This document shows positions 26,520 through 40,805 of a stretch of DNA of 64,000 bases, piece after piece; position 1 is the stretch's first letter; every line of letters begins with the position of its first letter. Source of the DNA: Octopus vulgaris (lineage: Eukaryota). The stretch lies in assembly GCA_951406725.2 (NCBI GenBank), contig OX597815.1:140926001-140990000 (forward strand), read 5' to 3'. Made by a program: the position numbers and the translations under genes. The notes below the pieces were generated by a model, which worked only from the letters and a program-made list of their open reading frames with translations, had not been told where the DNA came from and did no database searches.

Positions 26520-29500
26520 TTTTACTGGCGCATGCTCAATATGGGTGCTTTCACACTGACTATTTTTCCAACATTCACCCACCTTTCAACAAATTTGCTA
26601 GATGACAAAACTTCCATCTCCACCCCCATTTTCCTTTTTAATTGAAACTTGAAAAGTTTATGGGGATTGACTAGAACCACCAGAAAATAAAAATTGCCTG
26701 CCCCTCCCAGCCAAAGGAAAGCGGTGTGGCAATCTTCACTATGGATTCAACTGATAGTGGGAACCGTACCACATGCACCAGCAGGTATTCGATGTAAACC
26801 CATAGGTCAGCCATGTTCGGGCACTGGACGTGTGCGCGCAGAACGGTTTTGTCACTCAGCGTACAGCTCGGGTAGGATCGGTTGTCGGCACTTCTATGCC
26901 GGTAAAGTTTATCTAGAACGAGTAGCACCCCTCGTAACTCTGCTAAGCCAGGGATTTCTGGAAGTTATCCATAGACCTCAGCAGGAAAGTCCGCCGGAAC
27001 AAAGCGGTAAGCTGACCTCGTCGACGCCCAGAGCTTCCCCGAGAATGTCGTCACACTTTTCCTCTAAAGAACGCTAGAGTGGAACTAGCACCAACCGAAT
27101 TGTCTGACTGGCAGATGGCCGTGATCGCTTGACGGCGCTCGAGGTATCAAGCGCCCCTGCTCAGTCTACGCCTAATCTGGGATTGCAGCTCAGTCAAAGA
27201 ATCGAGCTGTGGGAAGCGAGTCTAACAGACGGTGACCACAGTCGCTCACCGTCAAGGAAACGCTGGAGATGTCGCAGCCTGAGAGAATGCCCGCGAATCA
27301 GCAACCACGGCATGCCCGGACCCCTATTCAGCGGCTGTAGACAGCAGATGGAACGCCTGATCAGCAGCACGCGTCCCTCCACAGAAATCAAATGAGGAAG
27401 CCCACCAACTTGTTCGGCCAACATATAGGGTAAATGACGACGGTCAAGCAGTAGTAGATGACGGGTGCGATATCCGCATTCGCCATCTCAGCTTGTCCTT
27501 TCAGGGACAGCTTCCTCTCGGCCCATTTCTGAGTGAGATTGGCCACGCTGTCCACCACCTCGTCCCAGTTTTTCTCCACCTGGAGGTCCGGAAAAAATCA
27601 GATCCCGAGCAGTTTAAACGAACCATCTGTCCAGCGCCCCACGACGCTGTTGGACGGCATGGACTTACCTCTCCAGCCCACCGAGTTTTCCAATGATAAT
27701 GATAATAATAATATTAATAATAGTAATAAAAATAGATGCCCTGATGCAGTACTAGGCACTGGCTGTCATGGCTTTTGATCTTAACTGGTTGTAAGCGCTA
27801 TCATGTACAAGTTTTGGAATAGAATATGAGCTACAGGAAATATTCTGCTCAATACCACAGATTTGCTTGTCAGTTGAGCATGTCCCTTTGTGGTTAACGA
27901 TACGTACATCTATGACCACGAGAAGTAGTGGGGCGGATCATAGCCATATGTTGAGAAGAATTCTTTGGTGTTTGAACAATTCACCCCTGAAAAATGGGTG
28001 TTTCGTTCAACATCCTTAAACAACCGATATTCCTTCAGATTGGTGCCGACCGTCTCCACTTCTGATGCGTCCAACAACATGACGGTGACGTCGTCCGTGT
28101 ACACCGACTCTGCTCTCCCGTAACCCAGTTTGACAGTATACCCTTCAACTGTTCCAACTTCGGCAGCAGTGGATTAAAAGCCAGCACATAAAGAAGGGGT
28201 GACATCAGGCAGACTTGACGGACCGACCGTGCTGTCTCAAACGATCCCGATATGTTTCCGATTACTTAGACTACCAAATAGGTGTCTCTGTGTAATGCAG
28301 TGATCCATCCTCTGAAATTGGGTCGGAAACCGACCGCATTCCGGACAGCTTCCGAGTTGTGATGGTGCACCATATCGAATGATTTGGATTGGCCCAAATG
28401 GATTGAAACCCTATCGATGCCAATTTCTGTCTCCTGTGATATATCGCTTGAGGGGAAGGTTGTCGAGGTTAGACCCGTTCGAGATAGCAGTCATTTGCGC
28501 TTCCCCGTCGAAACTACTGAAGAAAAGCGCCAACATTTTCGCTAACACATTGGCCAAAATCTTAAACTCTGCATTTAGCAGACTTATGTGACAAACATTC
28601 TGTCGCACGTCCCCACTTTCGACTTCCTTCTTCATCACTGTCACTACTACCTGGTTAACAGCTGAAACAAGTCTCTAGTTCTGTTGCCAGTTACGGTAGA
28701 TGCCTGCCAAAAGGCCACAAAGCAAATCTAGCATGACTCATACAATTCACAGGGAAGATGATACTAAACATACAATCTGCGACATGTGCAATCGCTCATC
28801 CCCTCCCGTTGTTCAGTTGCCGTTATCGGCTTTTCGTAGAACTTCACGTCCGCTGCTAAGAGCGGTGGCGGACTGTCCAGGTATAAACTAAAGTCTGCTA
28901 CTGTCATTGACCCATCGCTATACCACAAAAGCCGCACCAAAGTGGTTCTAGACAAGTGAGCCCTCTGCTCGTAACCGAATAGCACGCATTTGTCCCGATC
29001 CATCAAAGATCTGACCATGCCTTTGTTACCATATTGCATCTCCATTGTTTGGTTCCATCGAAATATTTTTCGTTCCTTGGGGTTCGAGCGCTCTGACAAC
29101 GCAGCCATCGTGTTTCGTCTCAATGAAGTGGTCAGTGGCTTTTCTCGCAGCTAGCTTGTCGCCTTGCCTGATCGCCTTTAGCAATCGCCTTGCTAGCCAT
29201 ATCTAAATTTACTGTGCAGATCACAAACTTGTAGTCTGTGCAGCAGACCAGTTTCAACTGTACACAATCTACGCTATACCTACCCACTGACATAACAAAT
29301 ACTCTATCCAGATAGCGGTTGCTTCATGTCCACATCGGAAATGAGGGAAATGCTGTTGACACCTATCAAATAAATGGAAGTTTCTGAGCAGGTTTACGGG
29401 GCTTTTGCACCCGCTTCTGAAATGTATTAGCCCCACACAATCTTTCTGTGCATTGAAAATTCTATTCCTTTCCGCTATTATTGCTAAATTGCGAGATGCT

Positions 29501-29880
29501 CTTAGGAATGTTTCTAGACGCCTGAAGAAATCTGGTTCTTCAGCCCCTCTCATGGCATAAACGCCTACCAAACTAAAGGTACCACCTTCGCTGTCATTCC
29601 CGTCCGGGTCATAAAGATTGCGATTTCTTCGACATGTAAAGATTTTCGGAATAGTACGGCTATCCCACCGCCCGCTCCCTACAGTCAACGAGGTGAGAAT
29701 ATTTCATAGTCATCGAAAATGGCCACTAGTACTTCCACATTTGGAATCCATGTCCTGATAATTTCAGCCACATCTACATCCAGAAATCTGAGATCATTGA
29801 GCAAGTGACCTTGCTTCGAAGCTGACTATAAGGCACGTAGATTCACGCACTCCACTCTGTAAACAGCTATATTTATCGGA
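26520..29880 (-). mobile_element. Tx1-like LINE, near-complete decayed ORF2 (APE + RT + C-terminal domain)
   Basis: VECVNLRAL...DVDVAEI (APE start), FSLVGVYA, HISLLNAEFKILANVLA, VYTDDVT (RT catalytic motif), WAERKLSLKGQAE, and Cys/His-bearing YPSC...HVQCP. Interrupted at ~27690-28030. Confidence 0.88.
27690..28030 (-). mobile_element. Retroposon 3' end with ATT-rich tail, nested in the Tx1 copy
   Basis: Non-Tx1 sequence breaks the RT frame shortly after YTDD. It carries an (AAT)-rich run at 27692-27733. Family unassigned. Confidence 0.55.
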
Positions 29881-32800
29881 GAAACAAACAGGGAAGAAGT
29901 CACTTAATTGAGGTTTTGAGCAGGGAAGAAATGAACTAGATTCCAGCTATAGTGCTTATGTTTTACCCGCCTCGAAACTTTGCTGTTGTTGTTATCGTTG
30001 TTGTTGTTCTTGCAGTTCGTAGTGGTCGTGGCTGTAGTGGCAATTTTGATGGTGGTCGTGGTGGTGGTGATGGTGTTGTTGTTGGTGACGGTGGTGGTGT
30101 TGGTCATCTCTTCGTTTTGCGTGCTTGCTACCATTCCAGTAGCATAGCCAAAAAGCAACGTGATCACCCTCTCTCTTCGTCGTCATATAACCCTGCTCCA
30201 TCTCTCTCCCACTGTCTCATTGACAATTCAACTGGATCGCTATCGAATATTTCTATTACTGCTATTCACTGAAAATTCAATAGGTTTTTCCACGAGAAAA
30301 ATAAATTTCAAATCCCACAAGAAATAAGGGGACTTTAGATACAAAAAGAACTCGCCAGTAGAGGAAATGCATAAATATCTCAGCTGATCACTCTCTATGC
30401 CACCAAACCAAGCGGAAGTAGAGATCTCGAGGAGATGCCCGGATACTGTAACTGAAGGAGGAATGATATGCATTAATATATATAAGCAGTTTTGAGTTGT
30501 AGAACTAATGGAATATATCAAAACGGAAACCATAACGTTTATAAATGTTATATATATATATATATCCTCAGAATGAGGATGTTACATGCTTATCTGATGA
30601 ACACGATATTCGAAAATTACTACGGCCAGCAGGCTCGACAGTTTGAATCTAATGTTTAGAACTCAAGTCTGTTTCTGTGGAAAAGAATCACGCCAAATAA
30701 TATTATATCGACGACGATGGATAAGAACTGAAAGATATCAAGAGTGGTGGCACCCAAAAATTACTGACCATTTGGAAGAGTTTATGCCAGTGAAACTTTT
30801 ATTGATGGAACTGTGATACGGTTGTTTTGAGTGAGTCAGTGTGAAAGTTAAAGCCATATCCGATGCATTTGATTTTGGGGGGGTAGAGAATGCACTGTCA
30901 TTTAATAACATTACCGGTTCATTTGGTGTCTTCAGAGAGTGTTTTTTTCTATGAAATCCTCAATTTGAAATAATCACGAGAGGAGAAAGAAAATGTGGGA
31001 TATATTTGCTAATATTGCTGATCGTTATGAAAACATATATATTAAGAACTCTACATCATTAAAGCACCGGACTATAGAAGAGCTGACAAAGGTAAATCTT
31101 CTGACATATAGTAGAGTATATACCAAGGAAATTACTTACTATTGTTTACTCGGTAAAATCTTTCATCAGATCTAGTAGTTTTAAATTCATCAGTAGCTGG
31201 CAGAATGATGCTTTGAACAGCCATCGGTTAGTATGCAAAATGGGAAAGTTTGATAAAATTCCGGCTTATCTTGAATGTTTTGGAGAGATCTTCGTAGGCG
31301 AAACAAGACGAGGGAAATGTTCCACATGGTTATTAATTTTAGGGAGCAACGACTTCTTAAAAGATTAACAGTATAACATACCGAGAATATTTCCCTGCAA
31401 AGTGTACTATGAAGTTGAATATAATATTGAATAATGAGAAGGCGATATCTGCAGTCCACGACATTTCAACTCTTAGCGATATGCTATGCTTGGGTTTCTG
31501 CTTATGAAAAAACACTAATGTTTTTACGTAAGTATGATGCCTTCCAAGTTAGTTTTCTGATTAAGACCACGAGTGTCTGCATATTTTTATAAGCATTTGA
31601 GTCAGAAACACTTTCCTGTTTCTGAGGAAATATTTATAAAATATGTATATTTATTTTCATGTACGCCTTGATTTATTTTCACGTGTCATTTAGTTTGTAT
31701 TACTTTATATAATATTGAATAACATCTCTGAATTCGACGGAATTCTATACCCTATTCAACTTCATGGAGAATTTTAAGTGATATATGCACCAATATTATT
31801 CTCGCGATATCAGAGGAATATTTATTTCTGTCTTATACACGTACGTATTACAAGCACACGCGCGTAAACGCATATATATCTATACTCATACAGAATTTCC
31901 TCTGGAAATCTATTCTGTTTCTTAGGTAAGTTTATTAGTTAGATATTAACTTCTGTATGTGAGTTCAATACAATCCTGCCTTAACGTATGATTTAAACAA
32001 CTCAGTAATTTTTATGATACAACATAAAAATAAACACTCTTATCTCCTGCTACTCCAATCTTAATAGAAATCTTTCCAGCTTCGCTAATGTCGCTGAGGC
32101 TTGAACATATATTGATTTGGAACAATATAGATCATAGAAAAATATGTTTATCTCGAACAAATGTCAAATAAGAAAAAAAATGCTGAGAATATTAGAGAAG
32201 AGAGATTAGCGGGCGTTTGCAGTTTTCAAATGCATTTATGACATAAGTGAAAAGAAATTGCTTGTCACAAAGAAGGATTCCATGTCAAGAAGTCAGCTTA
32301 TTTGGCCGTTGAAAAACAATATAAAACATATGGCTTATGCATGACATATCGAGAGATTAACATAAGTCTTTGTGGTATGAACAATAACGACAGTATCTCA
32401 CCAACATTCACACAATGTTAATACAAATGAAGTTGAAGCAGCAATAGCTGTAAAGGCAGCAACAGTTTTCTAGGCATGTGCAATTTGAAAACGTCAAATA
32501 AAAAATAACCGAACACCTTTATGATCCAAGCAATCTATAACCTTTGGGATGTAGCTAAGAGATAGGATAAGTTTTCAATTGAGGAAAATTTCCTCATATA
32601 TCTCAATATCTTCCAAATGGATAAAGTGGTACGATGACGCAGTTCTTCTGTGATTAACCATTTATCATTCCGTTATTTATATTACATAAACGACGCATTT
32701 TCATTGAATACACCCGTTTGTATTTGAATTGATAGAAAGAATACTTTAAGTGTTCTCCTCCTTCTCCCTAAACTAGCCTTTGGCATTCGAATAAATCAGT

Positions 32801-34437
32801 GTAAATAGTAATATGAATCTTATTATTATTCCAACAATTCGCAGCAAAGTATGCTATGGTCAAATAATTACTGCAAAATTGCATACAAGTGCCATTCACT
32901 TAAACGTGCGCTCATATTAAACAGTATATACTACAGGCGTACAGATATAAAACATATATGCACTTTAATATGCACATATTTAAAGTATGTACATATACAT
33001 ATTTACATTCACATGCTACACATATGTACATATATATGTATATGTAAATCTGACTGAGTATAATTTTAAACATCTGGTTTACATATATACAATTGTAAAC
33101 ATCTTTAAATCAACATACGTTTAATGTCTAAAATAATTCGAACATATATGCGGTTCCCCCAAATATACATATATGTACACAAACATAATGGATCCATACA
33201 TATATGTACACAAAAATAATGGATCCATACATATATACATAAATAAAGGGACATATAAATTCATACAAACATGCGTGTCTGTGTCTCGGTACGTTTATAT
33301 GAATACGTGTGTAATACATGTTTATACGTGTTTATATTATAGGGAAACGCAACTATAAATATATTTGTCATAATACACATTACGGCTGTTCATGTATTCA
33401 AATGCTTCACATTTAACAAATAGAATATATACAATGTAGTGATATCCGTCTTATCGAAATGAAGTGGTCCGAGGATGGGGAGGAGAACATATTAGGTGAA
33501 TAAATGAAAGAACGTCAAGTGGGTATCCATATTCTGTTATAGGATCATCTAACCAAGTAAAACTTGCTACATCCACACCGATACACTCGCATACATTCGA
33601 GCATTTGGTTGCACACATATATCTACGCACACGAGCGGACAGCTATAAATACATCCAACGTATCTATGTGTTTAGCAAAAGTATGTAGGCATATAAACGT
33701 ATCTATGTATACATAGTAATTCAGAGGTATATATACAAAAATCTTCGTACTTACATGCATGTGTTTACATCCAGACATCCATTCCATAAATGTGTTATAT
33801 AATAAGGGCATATATTGGCATGTAGACATAAAAACAGATTTATGTGTAGTTAGTTATAAGTTAAAACGTGCTTATACACGTATACACATATATCCGTACT
33901 TGTAAACACGCATACTTCTTCATATAAATCGGTAGAAACATTCAAAATTATGTGAATAAAAATATCCAAACCTCTGTGCTTAACTTCATACATATTCCGG
34001 TCTTGTTGCTATATTCTAATAACAAAAAGTGCTTCTGTGTTAGAAATGAGCTTTTTATCCATTAGTAAGGAATGCGAAAAGTGAAACCAGAGGTACGTGC
34101 GTACCTATATGAATGTATATAGGAACATTCTGCAGAGCTGGTCATTATAGATATTTCTTCTTTCATTAGAACAGTTGTATTACGTTCTAACAAAGCCGGC
34201 GTTTATTGAAATGGATACCGTAACTCCTGAAACATTTCGTACCTTTCCTTTGTACATGGCCATACGTACATATTTTGTTTTGGTGATTAGAACTTTTGAG
34301 CACACAGTAGTAGTATCTCAACACGTGTTTGTTATGATGCATGGCGGTTTTTAGTATGCTGATCTTGCTATATAATCGCGGAAATAACTGTTTTATATGA
34401 GTACACACACACACACACACAAACACACAATCAACCG

Positions 34438-34469
<32 letters not shown>

Positions 34470-34482
34470 CAAAAATACGTAC

Positions 34483-34513
<31 letters not shown>

Positions 34514-34729
34514 CTCAACATATCGTTGAAACATTAAATATTATCTTAAATTGAAGATTAGCATTTAATGCAGAAATTGTACAGTATTTAAAATTCTTTA
34601 AAGAGAGGACACAAAACCAAGATGGGCCTCTGAAAGAAATTTCACCACAGCCGTTTAGATAACTCCTCCTAAATATGGTCACCAGAGTGTAAAATTAACG
34701 CGAAGCAATCTAGCGAAGCTGCACAAAAT

Positions 34730-35230
34730 GTATCATCTCGATGCGACATGTCAGTTACTGGGAGGAAATGAAAATGTTAAGACTCTGCTCCCCAGGACAA
34801 AGGCGGAAAAGCTATGCAGTGACATACATCTGGAAAATCCTTGAAGAACTTCGCCAAATTTGGCATTGAATGTTACACAAAGAGGAGAACGGTGCGCCAC
34901 TGCATAGTGCCAAAATCCCAACATTGCTATCAGGATACAGGATCAGAACCTCAACAGCGCGGGTTTCAATGGCCCAGATCTCTTCAATATCCTCCCAAAA
35001 AGCCTAGGAGACCGAAATGGGGTGGTTTAGTTATTTTTAAAACAAAACTGAACCTCCTCCTGTCAACAGTTCCAAATGATTCTACCGCGCAGCAAGAAAC
35101 GCAGATGAAGGCAGCAACATCAAACTCGCCCAATCACCGAATGGCACATATCAAGTAGTGAAAGTGTAACAAAGCTAATGACGCTCAAGCGTGCCACAGC
35201 TCTCGAGATGAAACTAGTAAAGAAAAACAA
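34730..35230 (+). mobile_element. CR1/L2-group LINE 3' end
   Basis: YAVTYIWKILE...FGIECYTKRRTVRHCIVP...GPDLFNILPKSL...FKTKLNLLLSTVPND...AATSNS. Same type of C-terminus as 20380-20560. Confidence 0.75.
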
Positions 35231-35297
35231 TGAAGAAACATATTGAAGAAATACAATGAACCATTAAATTGTTGTATATGTATGTATAAATAAATAA

Positions 35298-35341
<44 letters not shown>

Positions 35342-35345
<4 letters not shown>

Positions 35346-35407
35346 ACTGGATTTATAATATACGCATAACTTATTCAATATGAAATACGTTTACATCATA
35401 GCAGGAG

Positions 35408-35449
<42 letters not shown>

Positions 35450-35515
35450 CTCCTGCTATGATGTAAACGTATTTCATATTGAATAAGTTATGCGTATATT
35501 ATAAATTCAGTCAAT
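35342..35515. repeat. 174-bp palindrome centred on (AT)n
   Basis: Arms of ~69 bp with one mismatch, and a self-complementary AT centre. Confidence 0.96.
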
Positions 35516-35910
35516 TTCCCTTTAGATTCCGCACTGAGAATATGGATGACGTCGATGTTGCTATAACTTACAATGAGATGTAAAGTTTTCTTTTTCTTAC
35601 TTTGCACCCTTTGTTGTGGCACTAACTGCTTAATAACGTATATATCAATCTCTCAGTAGGTACCGATATAGCTTACCACAGGTGTTACAACTGAACTATG
35701 GAAAAATAGAAAAAAAACAATCATGTTTGTAATATATACATACGAGGAATAACTCCTAGATACGTATATTCTACAAAATGACTAAAAGCCAAATATAATT
35801 TAACTTTTCTCGTATATCTTTTATCTTATAGCAGTCACGTTAATTATAATAATTTAAGTTCCACACCTATCAAAATTGTGAAACTAGAATAGTGTATGTA
35901 TTTTTAAATA

Positions 35911-36782
35911 CGAGGTGTACGCAAAAGAATCCGGAATTTTGCAATTTTATTGTTATTCACTTAGTTTTCATGTTTACACTTTTATCGCCTTCAAAGTATT
36001 CTCCATTTGAAGCAATTCGCCAGTCCAGGCGCGTTTTCCACTGTTCGAAGCAGTGCTGGAACTCTTGCGAAGGGATGCCTTTTAACGTCCCCGTCGTTGC
36101 TTTCTTCACTTCTTCCACATCTACAAATTCCGTACCGTCAGCTTTAATCACCAGTGATGAACTTCGAAGAAAGGTCCAGATCAACTTCTAACTGTTCTTT
36201 CAGTTCACGATACGCATTTAGACATGACTGCTTTTGATCATCCGTGAGCAAGTGAGGGACAGATTTTGCTGAAACTCTTTTCATTCGTAATTCCTCGTTC
36301 AAAATTCATTGGCAGAAGCTCCAGGACACACCAGCCATATCAATAAGTTCGTCAATTGTTTGGTGATGGTCTTACAAGAGAAGTTCATGAATTCTCATGA
36401 TGTTTTCATTCGTTCTGGAGATCGACTTTCGACCTGAACGAGGTTCATTTCGACAAGTGACCATTCCTAAAACGTGGAAACCACTCGTCATTGAACGCTG
36501 TTTTAAGCATATCAACTATTTCGGCTGCTGTTTTCCCCAGCAGAAAACAAAGTTTCACGGAAAGCACTCTATTCCTTCGTTTCAGCCTCTCCAAAAATCG
36601 ACGAATAGGGAGAAACACCGCAAAACAAAGACTTAACACGTGGCAGTACGACCTAGCAGACAATGCGGTCGGCAGACTGATGCCTAAAGGTCGCATTAAG
36701 TGGCTTCTAGCGGCAAAAGCCTGAAATACAACGAACTTACCCCCACAGAGTGCGTTTCCGGTTACCTTTGGGTATCTCCTCG
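35911..36782 (-). mobile_element. Internally deleted mariner (Tc1/mariner) transposon
   Basis: Imperfect TIRs (cgaggtgtacgcaaaagaatccggaa / reverse complement cgaggagatacccaaaggtaaccggaa) with TA on both sides. N-terminal VKLCFLLGKTAAEIVDMLKTAF...EWFPRFRNG and C-terminal FQHCFEQWKTRLDWRIASNGEYFEGD. Catalytic core missing. Confidence 0.9.
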
Positions 36783-39073
36783 TATAATACTTAGTTACGT
36801 CTAATAGTTCGCCAATATATCTACTTTTTTTCCATATAAAACATTGAAATAAAATACTCATTACGTATATTTTATCTAATTGCTCTCGTTAATTAATAGA
36901 TGTGTATTTCAATTTCATATTTTATTGATAGTCAATTATACTTCAATTTACAAAATTAATTTTCAAATTCAACAATTTTGTAACATCAGCAAAATATCAG
37001 TTTTCAAATTTGACACTATTTTAACATTATTAATGGAGCATTACTTCGTGACTAAAACATCAGTAATATATTTCAATAATTAGAATAAAAATAGAAATAT
37101 TCTAAAACATATTTTGTTCACAGATTAGCCACAATAATAATTGTAACTTTTACAGGTCATTCTACTCTGGAAAATTTGACATGGTTAAATATGTACTGCA
37201 TGCTAAACATTGTAGGGATTATTGTGGTAAGGAGATATTTCTATGTTGTTTGAAGTGTTTCCCAGGAAAAAAATGTGGATGTATTCAGGTTTAAAATGAC
37301 AGCCTACTTTGTCTTTAGCATGTCAATATAACCAGAGATTATTGCGTAAATTTACTATTCCTTGTAAGTAGAAAATTTTGAAATTGTGATAGAAATTTGT
37401 TTGCAGAACTAAGTATACTTTAAAGCTGCAATCAGAATTTATTCTAGGTCATCACGGAGTAATTAACCTAATATAAGCGAAGCGGCAATTTGTTGGTCTT
37501 TTGGTATATTAATTAAGCTATCAACATGCACATTCATTTCCGAGAATATTCTACCAGATATGTTCGCACCCAAGACGACAAAACAGTCCATGAATCCAAT
37601 GCCCTCATAGAAACTCAATATTCACAAAATTCTTGGGGTTGATGAAAATTCAGGTGAGGGGAGTTTCCATAATATTTGTGAGAAGCGATAACATAAGCAT
37701 GGTGTGCTACACAAACTATACGATTTTCTGAAAATAATGTTCTCAACTGTAAGTTACCAAAATACCACCCTGGTCATAGATCTACAGAAAGTTTAATCTC
37801 GATTTTTTGTACAAAGTGTTTCAATTTGGTTATGAAATATCAGCACTTGTTACAAATGTTAGCGTTATTGAATAGGAACGAAAAAACTTATTTGCGAAAG
37901 GTGTTGGTTATGATGTACTTTCGTTTTTTAATATGTTTATTATTTAATAAATGGACACTTCTGTTTAAATATAAGCGCATATACTGAAGTGGTTAATGCT
38001 TATACGCTACTTGTGGCGAAATGTATATTTGAAATAAATATGTAAAATAATCTATACAGAGAACAGCAAATTTTAAATACTATATATTCAGTCAAAGCAC
38101 TTTTTTCATTATAGAAAACAAAACAAAGTTCACAATTTTCAACAAAGGTCAGAATTTTCAACAAAATATAAAAAAAGAGCAAAATATTGAGGTAGCTGAC
38201 GAATATCATCCAGCAACAATAAGTGAAAATACAAAATGTGCATTTGTGCCTTGCTGTGCTTTGTCGTATAAATCTCAGCCAACAGCACGCTAAGAGGACA
38301 TCCGTCGTTATTGATAGAGGAAAACAATGACAGAGTGATCACTGATATGGTAATTTGCCGCGCAGTTGAATAAATATCAATTATAAGCAACAGAAGCAAT
38401 ATGAGATAAAAATAGCCAACTACGTATCATACTTAATGGAAATACCTTGCAAAAATGCAAACTTGCTATGGTATTTGTCCTGAGATAGTATATGTTACGG
38501 ATGTACTCTTTACAAAACACTATCGGTTTTGGTAGAATGAAAACACGTAGAGCGTCAGAAGGTGAGAAAGCACATAGCATTTGCTGCAGTACACATATAT
38601 GGATCGCACAGAGGCATTCATATATAGACAATTACATAGAAATATTTCGATCACTGAATGGGCAATGCAGTGACTACTTGAAGAAGCACAAACTAATTAG
38701 TATTTGTGTTCTGTTCTTTATAACTATTTCATTAGTAACAGCAATCAACGGATTCTACAACGTTTAACTGGAACAAATATTTCATTTCATATTTCAAACA
38801 CCGTATAGTTTCCATGACATAACTTTTAATAAATGAAAACTTTCTTATGTAAATTAATATTAATGTTTAGGCAGCACAGAATTGTCTAATGAGTTTTATT
38901 CTAATTGACGATTTCTTTCCTGGTTATTTAAATCTAATTTAGTGGGAGAATTTTTGATATTTTAATAAGTCCTTGATTATAACTTATGAAGAAATAAGCA
39001 AACTTCCTGGAATAGTTATAATTTAGATTTTTCATAATGTCTATTCTTTGTTCATTGTTTCTGTAAGTGCTAA

Positions 39074-39690
39074 GGGCGGTGAGCTGGCAGAAACGTTAGC
39101 AAGCCGGGCGAAATGCTTAGCTGTATTTCGTCTGCCGTTAGGTTCTGAGTTCAAATTCCGCCGAGGTCGACTTTGCCATTCATCCTTTCGGAGTCGATAA
39201 ATTAAGTACCAGTTACGCACTGAGGTCGATATAATCGACTTAATCCGTTTTTCTGTCTTTGTTTGTCCCCTCTGTGTTTAGCCCCTTGTGGGAAGTAAAG
39301 AAATAGGTATTTCGTCTACTGTTACGTTCTGAGTTAAGAATTTCGCCGAGATCGACTTTGCCTTTCATCCTTTCAGGGTCGATAAATAAGTACCAGTTAT
39401 GCACTGGGGTCGATGTAATCGACTTAATCCTTATGTCTGTCCTTGTTTGTCCCCTCTATGTTTAGCCCCTTGTGGGCAATAAAGAAATAAGAATCGTTAG
39501 CAAGCCAGGCGAAATGCTTAGCGGTATTTCGTCTGCCGTTACGTTCTGAGTTCAACTCCGCCGAGGTTGATTTTTGCCTTTCATCCTTTCGGGGTCGATA
39601 AAATTAGTACCAGTCACACTGAGGTCGATGTAATTGACTTAATCCCTTCCCCCAAATTTGAGGCCTTGTGCTTTCACTAGAAAAGATTAT
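39074..39690 (+). mobile_element. SINE family 1, tandem trimer
   Basis: tRNA-like head ggcggtgagctggcagaaacgttagc, then three ~190-230-bp units each with gagttcaaattccgccgaggtcgactttgcctttcatcctttcggggtcgataaa. Confidence 0.92.
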
Positions 39691-40805
39691 TTCTGTACGT
39701 GGCGGACTGCAATATTATTTTCAACTTCTGAATGAAGAGCTAATTTAATGCATTCTCTTACAGACGAGATGATATAACCTTGTTTATGTTAATACAAATG
39801 TGATGTTCTGAAAATTTTGATTATAACTGGTAACAAAATGACTATATTTCTACAAATAGTTACATATAGTATATTCATTGTTTATTATTACTGTAAGATT
39901 TAGCACTGCTAAAGTAGCAGATCTTAGAAGATCTGATGCAAACCTGTTTAGTACTACAAATGTGTTCTGGCATAATCTTTATTGTTCATTTATGCCTCTA
40001 AATCTTGTCTTTTTAAAGTTATTAGAAATTAAGGGTGTATAGAAGATAGAAGCAGATGTATTTTATTGATTAACAACGTAAAGATTTCCCATTACACAAT
40101 GTTGTTGGCTAGAAAAATATTTTCGATGACAGTTTAAAGTGAACTGCAAGGTAGATAGTGAAAGTTGATCAGATTAATGAGCTTTACTAAACAGATTACG
40201 AAGATTGAACATGTTGTGTGACGGTGTGTGAACGTAGAAACGAATTTAACGCATAAGGACAACGAAGATGACAACCATGTTGATGAAGGTGATGATAACC
40301 ATGATTATGATAATGAGTAAAAAGAAATAATCTGGACTTGCTTTCAATGATACCTGTGTTATATGAAATATTTAATATCAAATTTATCAACATGCTTCGT
40401 TATAGTAAGTAGACAGAGCTATTCATTTGAATCCTAACAATAAATAAATCTTATCGGAGAATTTTAATTTAGTTAATTTAGAGAAACAACTGACTCTTGA
40501 TGGTCAAACACGGCGAAACTTTGAGTTCAAATGAAATCTTTAGAAAGGTAAATCAAAGTACCAACAGCGTTTGAGAAATAGCAATATCAAGATTTCAAAG
40601 GTGCATTAACTTACACGTTACAAGCCCTGACGAACTTAACATTATCGTTTTTGTTACCACTGTAATCATTATAGTCATGTCCAGAATTATTATTATCTAA
40701 ATCATCTTTTCCACCTGCACATAATCTTATAATAATTATAGGTGATTCCATTAACATTATATTGTTCTTTCCTAAAAAAATAACGTTTATCTGAAAGTTT
40801 GTAAA

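Noticed and set aside
30240-30533. 97-aa minus-strand ORF
   Set aside because: No motif or splice context. The opposite strand is at best weakly LINE-like.
30590-30625. CUGAUGA...GAAA next to a (TA)n tract
   Set aside because: The spacing is right but stems I-III do not pair.
37156-37363. Segment bounded by good AG acceptor and GTAAGT donor, Cys-rich in one frame
   Set aside because: Stops in all three frames and no homology recognised.
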